Shown here: one piece after another, positions 15,001 to 28,990 of the stretch
Position numbering within the stretch: the stretch's first letter is position 1
Layout: each line of letters starts with the position of its first letter
Assembly: GCA_964247055.1 (NCBI GenBank)
Contig: OZ176053.1
Coordinates: 3,224,001-3,288,000, forward strand
Source of the DNA: Paragordius varius
Lineage: Eukaryota > Animalia > Nematomorpha
Length of the DNA: 64,000 nt
Direction of reading: 5' to 3'
Translations under genes and position numbers: made by a program
The notes under the pieces: generated by a model
The model's database searches: none
Told to the model about the DNA's origin: nothing
The model's input: only the letters and a program-made list of their open reading frames with translations

Positions 15001-16749
15001 TTTTTTTAAAATTTTAAAAATTTAAATATTTAAAATATAACCTAGAGGCTAAATTAAGTATTTTGTTTCCTATAAATAAACTTTTTTTAAAAGTTTAGAT
15101 AAGAAAAAATGGGACTTGTTTTCTCAAAAAAATATTCGTATGTTTCTAAAAAATAGCTAAATTTATTTTTCGCCATTTGATATAATATTATCTTAGGAAT
15201 GTAACATCCATTTTTTTATGTATGATGTAAGTATGTATATACACTAAACTTTCAAAAGCGGTTTAGTGGTTCAAATTTTTGGCGTTAAATGTAATATACA
15301 GCGGATCATGGGGAATGTTTAATAAATCCACCCATTTACCCTTACGTTTTAGGTCCCGTATCTGGGGTTACCATGCACTAACTTTCTGAACAATGTTATA
15401 TCAAAGACTTGTTCGTGTTCAATATTGAATTGTAAGAGATCTTGTGTCAGCTGTCCATGTGAGTTTATAGCGGCCTTTTCTGTTTGGGCCGGGTATGTTT
15501 AGATGTTGTATTTTTTGTACCCAATTATCGGAATTCATACGGATATGCCCATAATATCGCAATCGGTTGCGGCGAATGAAAAGAAATATGAGTTCTACTT
15601 CTTTTATGGTATTATCAAGATTATTGCTTTAGGATATTTAGCATGCGATTTTCAGCTCTAGTAAGTCCATTTGTAAGGGCCCAGGTTTCTGTAGAGTATG
15701 TCATAGCTAACCGCGTGGATGTCCGGGAGGCTTACACATTGGGTAAGGCCAACTGAGGAAGTCAATTTGAGATTGTAGTAGTCTTTTTAGACATTCTCAA
15801 GCCTGTTACAGCGAATAAGGTAATTTCACCTCTGAGTTAAAGCGGTTGGTTTATAAGGGCATAATCCGTAAAACCTTATCTCAATTACAAAACCATGAAT
15901 AAACGATTTACAAAATGTTCAGTAAGTATTTCTTTTTTTGAATAGGAAAACGACAAGATATGACAAAAATCCCCATAGAAGAGCCGAATATTAATTCTCC
16001 ACTAAATACGAATTCCGACAAAGTATTTCAGACAATAGACCCCCAGGATAAAAAGCATGAAAGAAGTTTAATTATAATAATTATTAATAAAGAATAAACA
16101 TATTTAAGCCATTTAAATATAATAATATTTTAACATTAATTATAACACGAGGTCCAGATTAATTATCACGAAAAAAAATTTTTATAGATGTTGTAAAAAT
16201 AAAAAATTTATAAATCGAACCACAATTAAACCAAAATTTTTTTTACCTATATAACTATATAAATTATGAATAAAAATTGGACATGTAAATCGGTTATTTT
16301 CCCAAAATATTTTACAGCTGTTCTAGGAAATTTGGAAAAAATTTAAAATAATTAAATTGTTGTGTCTATAAAAAAATTACATTTTATTTACTGTATATAT
16401 ATATATATATATATAAAATAAAAATATAGAAGAATCACAAGAATCAATAGGATGTCAACGGTATGGACATGGCCGAAAAACGTTACGCCTCACAAAAAAA
16501 CGTTACAGTACCCATCGATCATCCTCAAAAACTGATGGTAAATGTATTTTTCACATTGTAAAACACTGTTAAAATATTTTTATTAAGAGTCTAAATTTAC
16601 TAATGTTCATAGATCGACCCACTAAAATTGAAATGGTACAAAACACAAATGCAAACGCATTTCCGCTGGTAAGTCTCCCTCAACCCGAAAATAATTCAAC
16701 AGAATCTGTAATATCTGAAACATCAGCTTTGTTAGGGAAAAAACAATGA
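91..16749 (+). CDS. unc-80: UNC80 homolog (NALCN channelosome scaffold), 5'-partial, about 38 exons
   Basis: Hand-spliced exons: 91-324, 1317-1550, 2014-2210, 2512-2706, 2770-2817, 2852-2938, 2967-3105, 3605-3713, 3738-3810, 3888-4022, 4368-4551, 5133-5264, 5345-5442, 5508-5594, 5731-5877, 6200-6298, 6331-6427, 6469-6590, 7219-7299, 7331-7441, 7471-7515, 7560-7744, 8054-8183, 9182-9361, 9540-9650, 10314-10474, 10597-10692, ~10976-11000, 11079-11286, 11943-12022, 12051-12174, 12497-12536, 12561-12616, 12821-12970, 13151-13280, 13754-~13883, ~13925-14048, 14080-14171, 14834-14993, 15946-16065, 16430-16537, 16613-16749 (TGA). Peptides follow recalled UNC80 blocks in order: ITPPNIEFTLPSPMLG..YNPPW; DDPSYFLRSVLEKLT; GLTLKDMTQAFRREQCD; IPTQLSV; YVRDHYIFKKSVYPQL; DLCY..LCVTVISYNPESYRSQQML; YARPRDILL; LDSKSHMKMAEIVNSLLKLVPYD; KRLDKMFTKI. 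Splice phases are consistent except near 11.0 kb and 13.9 kb, where the boundaries are uncertain. Confidence 0.93.
3156..3503. mobile_element. hAT-like MITE in an unc-80 intron
   Basis: CAGGGATACCAAC ... GTTTGGCACCCCTG imperfect TIRs; flanking 8-mers match 5/8. Confidence 0.6.
6613..6898. mobile_element. Tc1/mariner-type MITE in an unc-80 intron
   Basis: TA-CAGTAAAAATTGAAATTATACGGACAAAA ... TTTTGTCCGTATAATTTCAATTTTTACTG TIRs; second copy at 39702-39966. Confidence 0.85.
14454..14675. mobile_element. MITE, 'TACCATTTACAC' family with subterminal 21-bp repeats (unc-80 intron)
   Basis: Three or more left copies of AATTCACCCTTGAACAATTCA, inverted copies on the right; ends GTGTAAATGGTA. Confidence 0.85.
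15345..15800 (-). mobile_element. 3' fragment of an RTE-clade LINE, antisense in an unc-80 intron
   Basis: Minus-strand peptides MTYSTETWALT..AENRML and RRNRLRYYGHIRMNSDNWVQKI..PGPNRKGRYKLTW match the RTE C-terminal pattern (YGxETW; RLRWFGHV.R...GRPR.TW), interrupted by stops and a frameshift. Confidence 0.8.
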
Positions 16750-17177
16750 GATAAGGTATCTGAATGATATACATTTTATACAATTTGTATCATAGTTAAA
16801 TTAATTTTAAAAAATGGCAATCGAAAAAAATAAATATATATTTATTAGCTTTGTCTGATATTTGGACAAAGAATATCGTCGCAATCAAGTATAATGTAAA
16901 AGTTTAGAGCTGTGTTTAATTTATTAAATATGTAACAAAAAATGATCCCATACATAATGCAAATCATTGTCATTAAGGAATGATACATATAAATAGGTTA
17001 TTAATACAAAAAAAGGGTAATATTTGACTAAAATAATAATGTATTATAAAACATAAATTAATTGCATACAACATAATAGAGTAGTGAGTTTTTTTTTCGT
17101 AATTATGGCAAACGAAATTTGTGAGATAAAACATTTCTTTGGACGGATATGTAAATCAATAGGGATAGTGCGCGCGT

Positions 17178-20100
17178 TCAATTTTCAAATGTTTGCAAAA
17201 GAATTTGCAAATCTCTAAGCTCTCGCCCCAACTTACCACCATACATGACAGCATTATCACAAAAATGATTTTTTATGGCAATAAAATGTTTATAGCAGTT
17301 TCGACACTTTTTGGATCTATATAAAATGTTAGGAAAAAAACAAATTATTCAAACAAAAAGTCGTTCAAAAATTTAATTTTTAATTATTTTTACCTTTCCT
17401 CACGGCTTAAATCAACACCAATTCCATCCCCTGCGTGATTAATGGATGCTTTGATCAACGGCCCAAAGTTTTTAAGAATAATCTTTAAGGCTTTACAGCT
17501 GGCACCCATATAACTATTTTTTTAAAATAATATAACGTAATTGGTATGACGCAGAGTGCATAATTAAGAGCAAACAAAATATTATTATAAGACTAATAAA
17601 AATAAAAAAGTATTACGTTTCATAACGATGATTCAACAATTCTTCCAATCTTGGTAACATGACAAGAGATAAATCAAGCGTCCAAAGATGCGGATATTGA
17701 CTTATTATGTTGAGAATATCAACGTAAGTTGCTTCATCGTTAAAGTTCGTGATGTTATTAATTATGGCCTAGAATAATATATGTAAAATGTAATGTAATA
17801 ATTCATACTGTTACAAAACATATAAGAAAAAAATAAAAAATTGTTAAAGAAGGCGCATAGCTAAATTTATTATAACGGTGAAAAATTTTACGCCAGTTAT
17901 TTTATTATACAAGCATTACAGTAACACTAGAAACAAATGAAAATTTATATATTAAATTCAAATTTATATCTGAATCATATACGATCCGTTGAAAGATTTA
18001 CAAACCTTTAAATTAAAATATTAGTCAATAATTATCATTGAAACCTTGAGTTCTTTATTTCCTTTACATAAATTTTTTGCAATGCGTATATGTCCCAGGC
18101 GTGTGTTCAAATCATTTAGAATCAGCAAGTGACTCTTTAAGGTATCATCTTGTTTGGCTATAGCATTCATTTTTGTGGAGGACCCTTCAAGATTGTAAGA
18201 GCTATTTATAAAATCAGTTGGCTTGATGCTTTTGGAAGGAGATATGGAACCAGAATATTGATTCATATGTGTAAATGATGTATTATTATTATTGTTATTT
18301 GGAAAATTATGTTTGGTTATTGGTGCAATTTGAACATTTTTTTGATGATATAGAGGAGCTGATTGGTCATTTCGTTGATTGATAACAAGTTTTTGATCTA
18401 GGTGGGTAGACATAGATATAGATAGTTCATCTTGTGCATATGGTAATTTGGAGTTTACGCGATTATATTGATAACTTTCATCAGTCGCAATTTTAGAATT
18501 AAACGTTTGATTAGCACCATATTTAGTATCAGGATAATATGATGATTGTCTCTTGGATTTATTGTTATTGTTGAGCGAAATTTTTTTGGCGTGTAGCAAG
18601 GTAGATTTATTGCGTTCTTTTTGGGCAGCTAAAACCAAAAGTATATTATATAATAAAATTTTAATTGTATGTATAAAAAACTACAAAAAAGGGGGCATAA
18701 AAACAAATTAACTGTACTATTTATTTTATAATAAATGCCCACCTTGTTGATTTGTTTGAGAATCAGCCCTCCGTGACAGGGGTAAAACATTAAAACGATC
18801 ATTATTTGCTGAGAAAGGTAAATTACTACTGTAGTTATCGATAGACCCTTCTTGCGACAAAGAATTGCCAGAAGAGGAATTGGGTATATTATTTTTGCTT
18901 AAGGACGATGATAAAGAGGACGTAGCAGAACCAGGGAAATTTGGATTTCGTAAATAATTATTTGGGGGCATGTTTGTGGTGGCATTAAATAAGGGGGAAT
19001 TGAATTCTACAAAGCGTTTCAAATCAATGAAATGTTCGTCACATAATACTTGTTCATCATTGAAATAGGTGTCAGATGATGGGGAGGATGTTATATGTGG
19101 GTTTAACTAAAAGCATATTTTATAAGTATGGATATATAATTAAAACAATACAAATTTTGTGGTAAAAATAACGTGAAGAAAAAGTAATACATAATACAGT
19201 AGCGTATGCAGTAAAAGATTGTTAGTGCAAAATAATCTTAATGAACACAAAACATGGGGATATTATGGATATGTTTATACAAAGGACTGAATGATAATTA
19301 ATATATGAAAATTGTCCCCCTGTTTTGTGTTCATTAAGATTATTTTGCACTAACAATCTTTTACTGCATACGCTACTGTAATAAATAAATTATCAATGTG
19401 CTTTGGTTACACAACATTGGTAGTAAAAAAACTTACATTGGTGTTATTTGCATTCATGTCATCCGCTCTCATGGTAATTAAAGCAACTTTTGGTTGACTT
19501 GTCCGGCCATCCATATTTAGTGTTGTTGTAAATTCTTCTTCGCTGGCAATCATGGGTAGTGTGGACGATGAGGCCGCTATAATATGCTGTCTCCGTTGGG
19601 CAAAAAATGCATTTGGTGCAAACGATGACCCCACATTAGAATCAGTGTTGAAAGGAGAATCATTAATGCCCCGAAACAACGAAACATTGCAAAGCGGGTG
19701 AAATTGTGTTTCACATTGCGCGTCTAGTTGCACACTGTTGGTGTTATTACCCGTGTGAGATGGTTTTATCATGACCATTGGTTTGGCACTCCCAATTTTA
19801 TTTCCACTCGTAAAAACAACTGTGTTGTTGTTGATATTGGTATTTAGGGAAGAAGATCGATTACTACTATTAAAGCAAACATTTGGAGTTGCCGTTAACA
19901 GATCTGGAGAATTTGTTTGAGTTGTATTGGGAGAATAAATGCTTGTAGAATTTGATATAACATTTTCTGAGCTGGTTAAATTTTCAGTATTAAGTGGCGG
20001 CGGTGGTGGTGAGACGCATTTTGGAGGCGTCCGTGCAATCTTTTGATGTCTTGGTTTGAATATAGTTTCTGCCACAAGTGGATCCTCCTCTTGAGCTAGT

Positions 20101-23100
20101 TGCAGGACTTCAGATGTCAGAAAAGATGGCGTAACATTAGAGTTGGTTTGATGATTTTTTGACACCTTATTCAAAAATGACGGATAAAGCTGATTATAAA
20201 CTGTAAAAAATAGTTATTAAGTTAATAATTTTGTGTGCATACCACCAAAGAATCCAAAACGGGAGACGTACTGAGAGTTGACTTTGTTTTCAAAATACTT
20301 GAGGTAGCACCCAATTTTGAAGGAAATACGTTACTAGGTCCATTTTTCACTTCTTTAAATGAGAAATGTTTGGTTCGATCTGATGGCTTACTGGCATACA
20401 TTGTTTTTCGAAGTAATTTCCGAGGAAATTTGGAAGAGGTAGAATGGTTTATATTATTGACTTCTCCAGTTCCATTTCTGAGAGAACAAATAAATTTTAC
20501 AGTGACCACAAATTTAAAGCCAAAAATAAGTACTATTGACCAAAACAGATATTGAAACCAAAACCGTTTTCATAATACAGAAACTATTTGCTTATTGTCA
20601 TAGTGATGTAATAAAAAACTAACGGTTCTGATGATAATTTCAAATGCGATTTTATTTTCTATATAATTATATGGAATATTTTAAAAGAAAATAGCATCAT
20701 CGCGTTGAATCCACTTAATAAAATACTCGGGGATAGGCAACCACAAATAAGATGATTAAACCGAAATAAAAACCATTTGAAAAAAAAACAATGGGATTAA
20801 AATTTAGGATAAATATTTTTGACAATTTTCAGCTAAAGAATCGAAAATTGACCCAAAATCGTTAAAGATTTGAAACAGTTAAAATTAAAGCCAGTTCCGA
20901 TTCCAATCTATAATGAAATTATTAAAAGAGATCCTCATACTTTTGTTCTGATGATAAGTTTGACGTCGTCACATTTAAAGTAGTGTTTAAGCGATCTCGG
21001 TTAGATGTTTTATTAATAATTTGGGCCAACCTCTTACATCGGTCTGATATATCGATGGTTGATTTGGAGGTGTCATGCGTTTTTTGAGACTTTAGAGAAG
21101 TAATTGGGGAAAATGAGGATGCATCCAAATTTAGCGTTGATTTAACTAATGAACCCGTGTTTGTAATTTGGTCTATTGAAATTTAAAAAGAAAATAAATC
21201 TGTAAAAAAGCGTATGCTACGAATTAAACTTTAATTACAATTTTGATTTATATGTGGAAATCTAAGATATATGTACTGCATAAAATAAAATTAAACCTTT
21301 TCTATTTAAGGAAGGCGAATGTGATAGCTGATTCGAATATTTTTTGGTATTTATCATTGACGTGGCCAGTCCAGTGGAAGCAGCAATCATTTGTAAATGT
21401 GACATGGATCGTCTATATTTTAATGCTTGATGTTTGGCTTCATCATTGTTTTTATCTAATAAAAGTATGTTAAGTAACAAAAACATCTTTAAAAAATAAT
21501 GATATTAATTATGGTTGCTTAATTAAACATTAAAAGAGTAATGATAAAGTATTTTATGACAACGATAACTATACATTTAAAGTTTTTATAATAATACCTC
21601 TTCAATAATACTGGATCAAAACAAAATATAAATTCCATAGCATTGTAAAAGTTTAATTTAAATAAAAATTAACAATTAATGAATCAAAATCGTAAGAAAC
21701 CTTTTCTCAACGGCACTTGTAGTAATGATTCTTTCTTTGTACCAAATGTTACGACTTTATCCAATATTATAGAAGAAGAAGGTGGTGGTTCAGGAGTACA
21801 TACTATAGCTTGAGAAGTATTATTGAGTGTTTTATTAACATTGTTGCGTCTTGTCAAACTTGCATATTCACCATTGTTTCCATTGTTAAATGCATTTTGA
21901 TGCTGGTTATTTAAGACTGATCGGCGATTTTTGCCAACAAGGGAAGACATAGATATACGATTTCTATGGGCCGTAGTAGATGGTAAAACAGAATTCTGTA
22001 CCAAGCCATTTCCACGCGTGTTATTATTTATAAAACTATTGTCGTTTTCAAGCAATTGATGGAATTTGTTATTTGAATAAGGCATTCGGTTTTGTTTAAG
22101 TAGGGGATCCCAACATTTCTGGAAAAAATGAAAAAAGTATAAAAATATTTTAACTTGTCTTTCTTCAAATTAACTTGGGAGTGATAGAGGAAATGTTAAG
22201 TAAATTTGTTATTATTACATATCATTGTTTAATTGATTTAGAATAAATTTTTGAAAAATTATCTTATCATACCTTTAAATCTATGGCATATGTGTTGACC
22301 ATAAACCCTTTGGAAGATGCTGCAATCTAAAACAAACATTATTATAACATAATATTTTATAAAAAATTAAATTATTAGCTTATAAAGCAAAAAAAGAAGA
22401 GAATACCATTTGATATTGGTTTATGGCCATGTCAAAAATATGATCCCAATCAGCAGAAAATGATGATAGTTGAGTTGGTTTACTTGGATTTTTACATGAC
22501 CAAGTGGAAAAGGCTTGATTATGTGCCACATATATATACTCACCACAAGGATCAAATATAAATTTGCTAAAAATGATGCAAAAAAAGCATGGAATTTTAA
22601 TTTAATTTCAATAACATGCATAAACATTCAAATATAATTTTTAGTTAAAATAACTTAAATTACGGTAAAATATATTTGAAAATCTATATCCATATTCTGG
22701 ATAAATATTTTTCAATGAAGACGAAATATAATAAAATAAATATTGATAATATAATAATCAAAACAAAGCAAATTGACAATAAAACACATTTATTATTTTA
22801 CTTTAATTTGGATTACGATTTATATTTTCGGTTAATAAATTTTCTATGCAAGATCGACATCATCTGTAAATTTTGTTTCAAAACTAATAAATATCTCGAG
22901 AGTGAGAGGCCCCTAAAATCTTTAAAGAAAGTGGTCTAATATATATCATTTAATTAGTTTGCAAATAAAAATGGCCAATTATCTAAAAATATTGTCCATA
23001 AAAAATAATTACAAATATCAGTCACAATTATTAGATGACAAAGAGACAGAAATCAATAAAACCATCCAAATAAAGTAATTAAAAATTGCCATTAAATATA

Positions 23101-26100
23101 TTAAAAATTAATAACAACAATAATTACACTTACTCGATGGCTAAATCTGTTTTGGCATAGGGTACATAATTTTGACAATCCCACAAAATTAATGAACTAT
23201 AAAAACAATGATATTTATTATATGTTTTCGTTTGCAGTAAAAGCGAGAAAAGAAAAAAAGAATATTCAAGATAAAAAAATGATTTTATATAAAATAAAGT
23301 CTATATAGTTATTCACAGAAAATACACTATAATATAAGAAAATTAATTAGATCAAACGAAATATGTTTTACATGTTAAGTGAAAAGGAATTAAAACTAAT
23401 TAATCAGATAAGGAAATATAAAGATAAGAAAACGACATAATTATTATTTTCACTTTTACACACACAACTTTATCTCTTAAACTTTTTTCTTCGTTAATTA
23501 AATAATATATTTTTATTATTATAGTTCATAACCCCTCTCCCATTTCCACCTCTTTAAATTTATAAAATACCGCTATATTTAATTCTATTTACAAACTTTT
23601 GGGGGAAAAATGTAAAGAATGTAAAAAATATAGTTAAAAAGATGTAATGTTTTATGTTAAGGATTAAAAATTAGTAAATTCCAATGCTGAAAAGAAACAT
23701 AATACACAATTTTTTATCGGTTTAAAGATGGGAAACAATCTGATATAAAACATATGAGGAATCAAGATTATATATATAAAATTATCAAAAAATATGTATA
23801 ATAAAAATAAATACAAAATAAATTTCTTACGTTTGATCGCTTGAAGCTAAAATATTTTGCCCTTGACCATTGCAGACATATTGTAGGGAGGAGATGGAGC
23901 ATTTATGCTCGGAAGAAGATATGTGTTTTATACACTTTTTAGTACTTAAATCCCAAATCTAAACGAAACAAATTTGTGATAAAATAGAGTACCCCTTACA
24001 AATAATATAATGGCTAAAAAAATTAAATAAAAATATCATTTTTACATCGGTTTTCGAAAAAATTTATAATTATCATTTATAATGATTGTTTTTGGTTTTC
24101 ACTTAGTTCACTTCGTTAAACTGTAGCTTAGTTTAAAATCTTATTTAATCAAAAAGTAAACATAATTAGCGTGAGTATATTCGGAAATGATTAATTTTAT
24201 AAAGATTATATGATGGGAATCTCATGTGTTTATCAATCACACATAAGCACAAGAAATTAGAAAAAAATTGAAAGGTATTATTGATTGAATCATTCGAAAA
24301 AATCATGTCAAATCATAATAAACAGATCAAAAATATGCCCTTGTGTCGTTTTATTTATATTTTACCGAGCAATCACATGTAAAACAATTTTTATTTATTT
24401 AGAATAAAAATACATGTTAGATTTTTAGGATTAAAACTTTAATTATCTCAAAAAATCCCAAACAACAATTAAAACAATTATTTCCAAAAACAAAATATTC
24501 GACCTATCATAAAAAGACATCTGATATATTTTTTACCTTCATGTATACTAATATTTAAGTAAATAAATAAGGGAATTCCTATGATTTTAAACAATAGAAA
24601 AATAATTTACACAAAATTATAGCCAAAAATTAAAAAAGTTAAAACTTTTATGGTTGAATCTTCCGACGCAGAAGCTATAGTAAGATCGCTCGGATCAAAA
24701 GCTACGCAATTTAATCCCTTATCATAATGCTAAAATAATAATAAAAAATTAATTTGTATCGATAAAAACAAATTTTATAAATAAACAAATCCATTACTTT
24801 TAGTTCTGTAACGCATTTGGCCGTACGGGCGTCATATAGCTAGGTAAAATAAATTAAATATTGTTATATATAATTATGACAAATATATACATTTTATATT
24901 AATTTGGTTGACTTAAAATTATATAACTTACATATATTGTTCCATTCGCAGTTCCATTTACAAAGAAAATACCGTTTGAAGAAATGTCCATAGAAGTCAC
25001 CGACTGAGAACAATGGTCTAACTTTAGGATACCTATTAGAATTATTTCAAAAAACATGTTTGAAAATGGAAAATTTAAAAAATTTAAATGTTGAGTTATA
25101 AAGTATTAGTAAGAAAATAGAAAGGTGGAATAACTTTAAGTATTATGACCTAAATGATTGATTTGTTTGTTTTTTGCTAATGATATACAGCTTATTTTTT
25201 GGCATTAATCTACACTTTCATTTAAGTAAAATTTTTTAATTATTAAAACTCAAAAAATATCTAACAAATTTTTTATTACACTACAATATATAGTGATCAA
25301 TATATTTTTGTATTTACAAAACCATAACAAAAACATATAAAAATTAGCTGGTATTTATCACCCACATATGGTCAACCAAATAATTTTGAGATACACCATT
25401 TATTATTATTATTATTACACATTTTGTTAAAGGTTATTATGTGCGTAGCAAGTAATTTAATTAATTCTTTAAACAAATAAAAGCTTGAAAAAGAATATTA
25501 AAACAGAGTATTGGCTAAAAATAAATCCATATAACACTCATCTTGTCTTAGGGGTAAAATAAAAAATATAAAGACAAAAATAGTAATATAATATTAATGT
25601 TTCAATGTGATTATGTCATTGGCTTTTTGTGTTGCTTTATATAAATAATAAAACAGCATGTTTATACGTGAAAATCTGTTAGTATAATAATTATTTATCA
25701 AAAAAAACAACCAAATTAATACATTTTTTCCGTTGTGGATCCCAAACTTTTAAACAGCCAGAAGTATCTCCACTAACTATAAATTCGTCGCCTTGAATGA
25801 ATTGTAATGTTGTGCAGTCGGTATCATTTTTAAGGTCCTAAAATTGGGTTTTTTCGAATTATTTTTTTTAAATTTACAATATTTTATAATTATATGCATA
25901 AAATAGTTTATAAGATTTGTAAGATCATAAAAATGTTTAAAAAACATTAATTATTTATCTTTAATTTATTATGTGTAATATAAAGTAAAATTACTATTAA
26001 AATATAATGGCAATTAAAAAATAAGGGTCATTTCAAAAATTGATTTGAATAACATAAACGTTGTTGCTGGAAAATTTGAATATAATTCGAATATTATCAA

Positions 26101-26782
26101 AAAAATAACTATTTTTAGCGTTTTATCATTATCTTTAACACTAATATAAATGTCAACATTCTGATTAAAGTGTTATTAAATTACTTTTTCGAAAGCCAAT
26201 TATTATTGTTATTATATTATAAAGTGGTAATTATTTTGAAAATAAAAGACATTTAAAAGGTAAAGCAAAGATCATAATTGAATAATTTTAAAAGGCATCA
26301 TGAGTAATATTTATGAGGTGCATTCATCGAATGCATTAAAATGCAGAAAAAGAACTAACCAAAGTTCAAGTTTGTGCATTAAACAGATATGAAATATGAT
26401 CTATTATATACTCAAATCAAAATAGGTTAACTAAGAATTTGAGATTTATACGAATAAAAAATTATTAAACATATTGCTAAGTATGTCACACATATGTGAA
26501 CGCCAATAATAATTATTTAAACTATAAATAGAAATAATTTCAATTAAAATATTTGAAAAAAAATAAGTTAAGTAAAATTAACATAATAATAGAATTAAAA
26601 TATAATTACCAATATAAAATTAGATTGGCCAACAGCCCATAATTTAATTAATTCATTTGACGATGTAGCTAAGACGCGGGATGTTTTCTTACCGATCGTA
26701 AGATAAGATATTTTATTATCATGTGCTTTAAATTCGTCTAAAATATAATTAAGTAATTACTTATGTGGCTAAAACAATCCAT
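17178..26782 (-). CDS. katnb1: Katanin p80 WD40 subunit B1, 20 exons, about 1336 aa
   Basis: Exons (minus): 26782-26761, 26737-26610, 25837-25723, 25032-24932, 24839-24798, 24729-24646, 23958-23831, 23196-23134, 22566-22407, 22326-22273, 22118-21743, 21455-21297, 21172-20941, 20477-20243, 20189-19437, 19106-18743, 18628-18045, 17768-17617, 17513-17394, 17316-17178 (TGA); total 4011 nt, in frame. N-terminal WD40 repeats (EFKAHDNKISYLTIGKKTSRVLAT..KLWAV; FIVSGDTSGCLKVWD; IASASEDSTIKIWDL). C-terminal con80 domain (YVDILNIISQYPHLWTLDLSLVMLPRLEELL..YET; GVDLSREERSKKCRNCYK). The start exon is less certain. Confidence 0.92.
19195..19380. mobile_element. Tc1/mariner-type MITE in a katnb1 intron
   Basis: Perfect 60-bp inverted repeats 19195-19254 / 19321-19380, including the TA TSD and CAGT...ACTG ends; 66-nt spacer. 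Confidence 0.92.
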
Positions 26783-28449
26783 TTAAATACGAATAATCGT
26801 CTGATAACGCCTTAAAATTCAAATGCCATATTTATATTGAGGAGGAATGAAAGTGTCGACTGATAAATATCATGTAACAAATTAACAAAAAATATTTAGT
26901 ATTTTTCATATAAACTTCTGCTATATATCCTTGTAATTACTTTTAGTTATGCTAAACAAATTAGTGAAAATGTTGCCCGTGTCAAGGACCGTGAACTATA
27001 TAATACCGATAATATTTCATAGCCGTTTGACATATTTGTAGATATTTATACTTATAATACCTGCATAGAAATGTAACAATCAGGGCTAAGCAAGCACTTT
27101 CAGAGGTGCTACTACCACTGCTTTAGATAGTAATTTAATTTTAAATATACTATTATATTAATCATAACTAGGGAAACAGTTGATTACCCCAGAGATGGTA
27201 GAATGGATAAGGAATACCATCATAGGTTCGTTATTTATATAGGTGGATTTAAAAGAGATAAAAATAGGTGGTAGAATTAGATAGCATATATAGAAAAATA
27301 CGTGTTGGTTAAAAGTGTTTTTGTTACACAGCGTCCACAAAAAAACGGATGAAATATATATTCTGTAAAATGTATCATCTTTATCATGCCTTTGGTTTCG
27401 GCCGTTACGAGTAATTTGAGAAAGTAATTTACACTTTTGTGCTAAGTCTAAATATGAACATAACAAATTTTGCGCACATTATTTTAAAAATATTTTTTTT
27501 GGCCGAAGCTAAATGCTTCATTCCAAAAAATATCACTAAAATATAATAAACTGGGATATGAAAATCAAAAAATAATTTCAAAAATTAATTTTTAAATAGG
27601 ACACCAAATGTCCTTAAGTTTTTCGCTCTTCCGAATCGGGATAGTTTTATCGAAATAAACAAAATGTCAAGATTGCGCGATCAAAAACTCTAAAATATGC
27701 TAAATTTTGATATCAGCCCAAAGATATTTAAAAAAAGCTTACCTATAAATAATATGAAAACTTAAATATATTATAGTGATTGTAAACTTTTCTGCTACCT
27801 TAGATTTTTGATTAAAAAACTCGTTCGTCTTCAATTTTAAGTTAAATACAGATTGTTTTTTATTTAAAGTCCACCCAAATTTAAATGCAAACTAACCTTT
27901 AAATAATATCTGACCCTATGAATATGTTCGGCAGCATCAAATTATACAGAAGAAGTGTTTTTATAAAACGTTCAAGCGCAACAAAGTTCATTATGACTCA
28001 AAAGAGTAATGAAGTACATTTCATCATATTTTAATTATTTTTTTTGAAGTATGCATCTTTAAAATTAATAGTTAATTTACATATAAAAATTTTTGGGCAA
28101 TCTTGGTATTTATGCGTTTATTTTAAGAGACTATCCCATTTTGGTAAAAATTAATTTTTAAACTATTGTTTTGCTTTTTTTCATATAACGTAAAGCCCAA
28201 AATAAAAATTTAGTCAACACGACAGGTGTGCATTAGCTATCAAAAACTATACAAAATAAATTATTTTTTCTGTTTCTAGCAACATTAGATGTGATTTAAA
28301 TGAAGAATTTGCTTTAATTTTAGCGTTGACACTTGATATTTTGCAATAAAATACAAATGGCGCCAAAGTAGTTTGATATGGAACTTTTTCTTAAAACTAT
28401 ATTTTATTTAGATATTAATTTATATAGATTTTATTATGAAGCATATTAA

Positions 28450-28990
28450 CAGTTCGATTTAAATTGAAGTATCCAAGTACCCCAGACCAAATTTGAGTTA
28501 TTTTAAAAAACTACTAAAGGAAACGGTCCCAATTTAGATTTTCGCTTCTATCCTAATAAAAATTATATAAATATGCCAAAATATCTAAATAAAATTTTGT
28601 TTTAAAAGTTCCATGCCAAACTACTTCAACGCCATTTTTATTTTAAAGTTTTTGCAAAATATCGTCTTCATTTAATTTGAAGGTTAAAATTAAAACTAAT
28701 TTTTTTAAATTACATCTATCATTGATAGAAATAGAAAAAGCGGTTTATTTTGTATTTTAATTTTACCATTGCACAGATGTCACGTTGACTATTTCCTTTG
28801 GGTTTTACTAAATAATATCAAGTGTTTTTGAATGAATTTCTTTATATTTCGGTTAATTAACGTCGAAAAGTGCAAATTTTTGCCCTGGTTTTAATTCGTT
28901 CCATATTTTTTAATCCTAAACAGACCTAAGGTATATAACTACCCCAATTCGAATCGAGGGACTGAAATGAATGTTTTGTATCCAAATTTC
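28450..28990. repeat. Dispersed ~0.5 kb repeat (MITE-like), copy 1; partial inverted copy at 28205-28400
   Basis: Long shared blocks with 32580-33110 (GAAACGGTCCCAATTT, GCAAAATATCGTCTTCATTTAATTT, ATTGATAGAAATAGAAAAAGCGGTTTATTTTGTA). 28205-28400 is a diverged reverse complement of ~28600-28800. Confidence 0.85.

Noticed and set aside
20235-20555. Antisense ORFs over coding exons (also 59-295, 1294-1491, 7563-7778, 21243-21473, 61822-62016)
   Set aside because: Shadow ORFs opposite confidently assigned exons.
22840-22915. Possible extra katnb1 exon
   Set aside because: Flanking exons 23196-23134 and 22566-22407 already join in phase with WD40 continuity.
27158-27466. 102-aa minus-strand ORF upstream of katnb1
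   Set aside because: No recognisable motif and no consistent splice chain; it may be noncoding.
27925-27955. TTCGGCAGCA...ATACAGAAGAAG resembling U6 snRNA
   Set aside because: Only short scattered matches; spacing is wrong, with no intact ACAGAGA box or 3' part.
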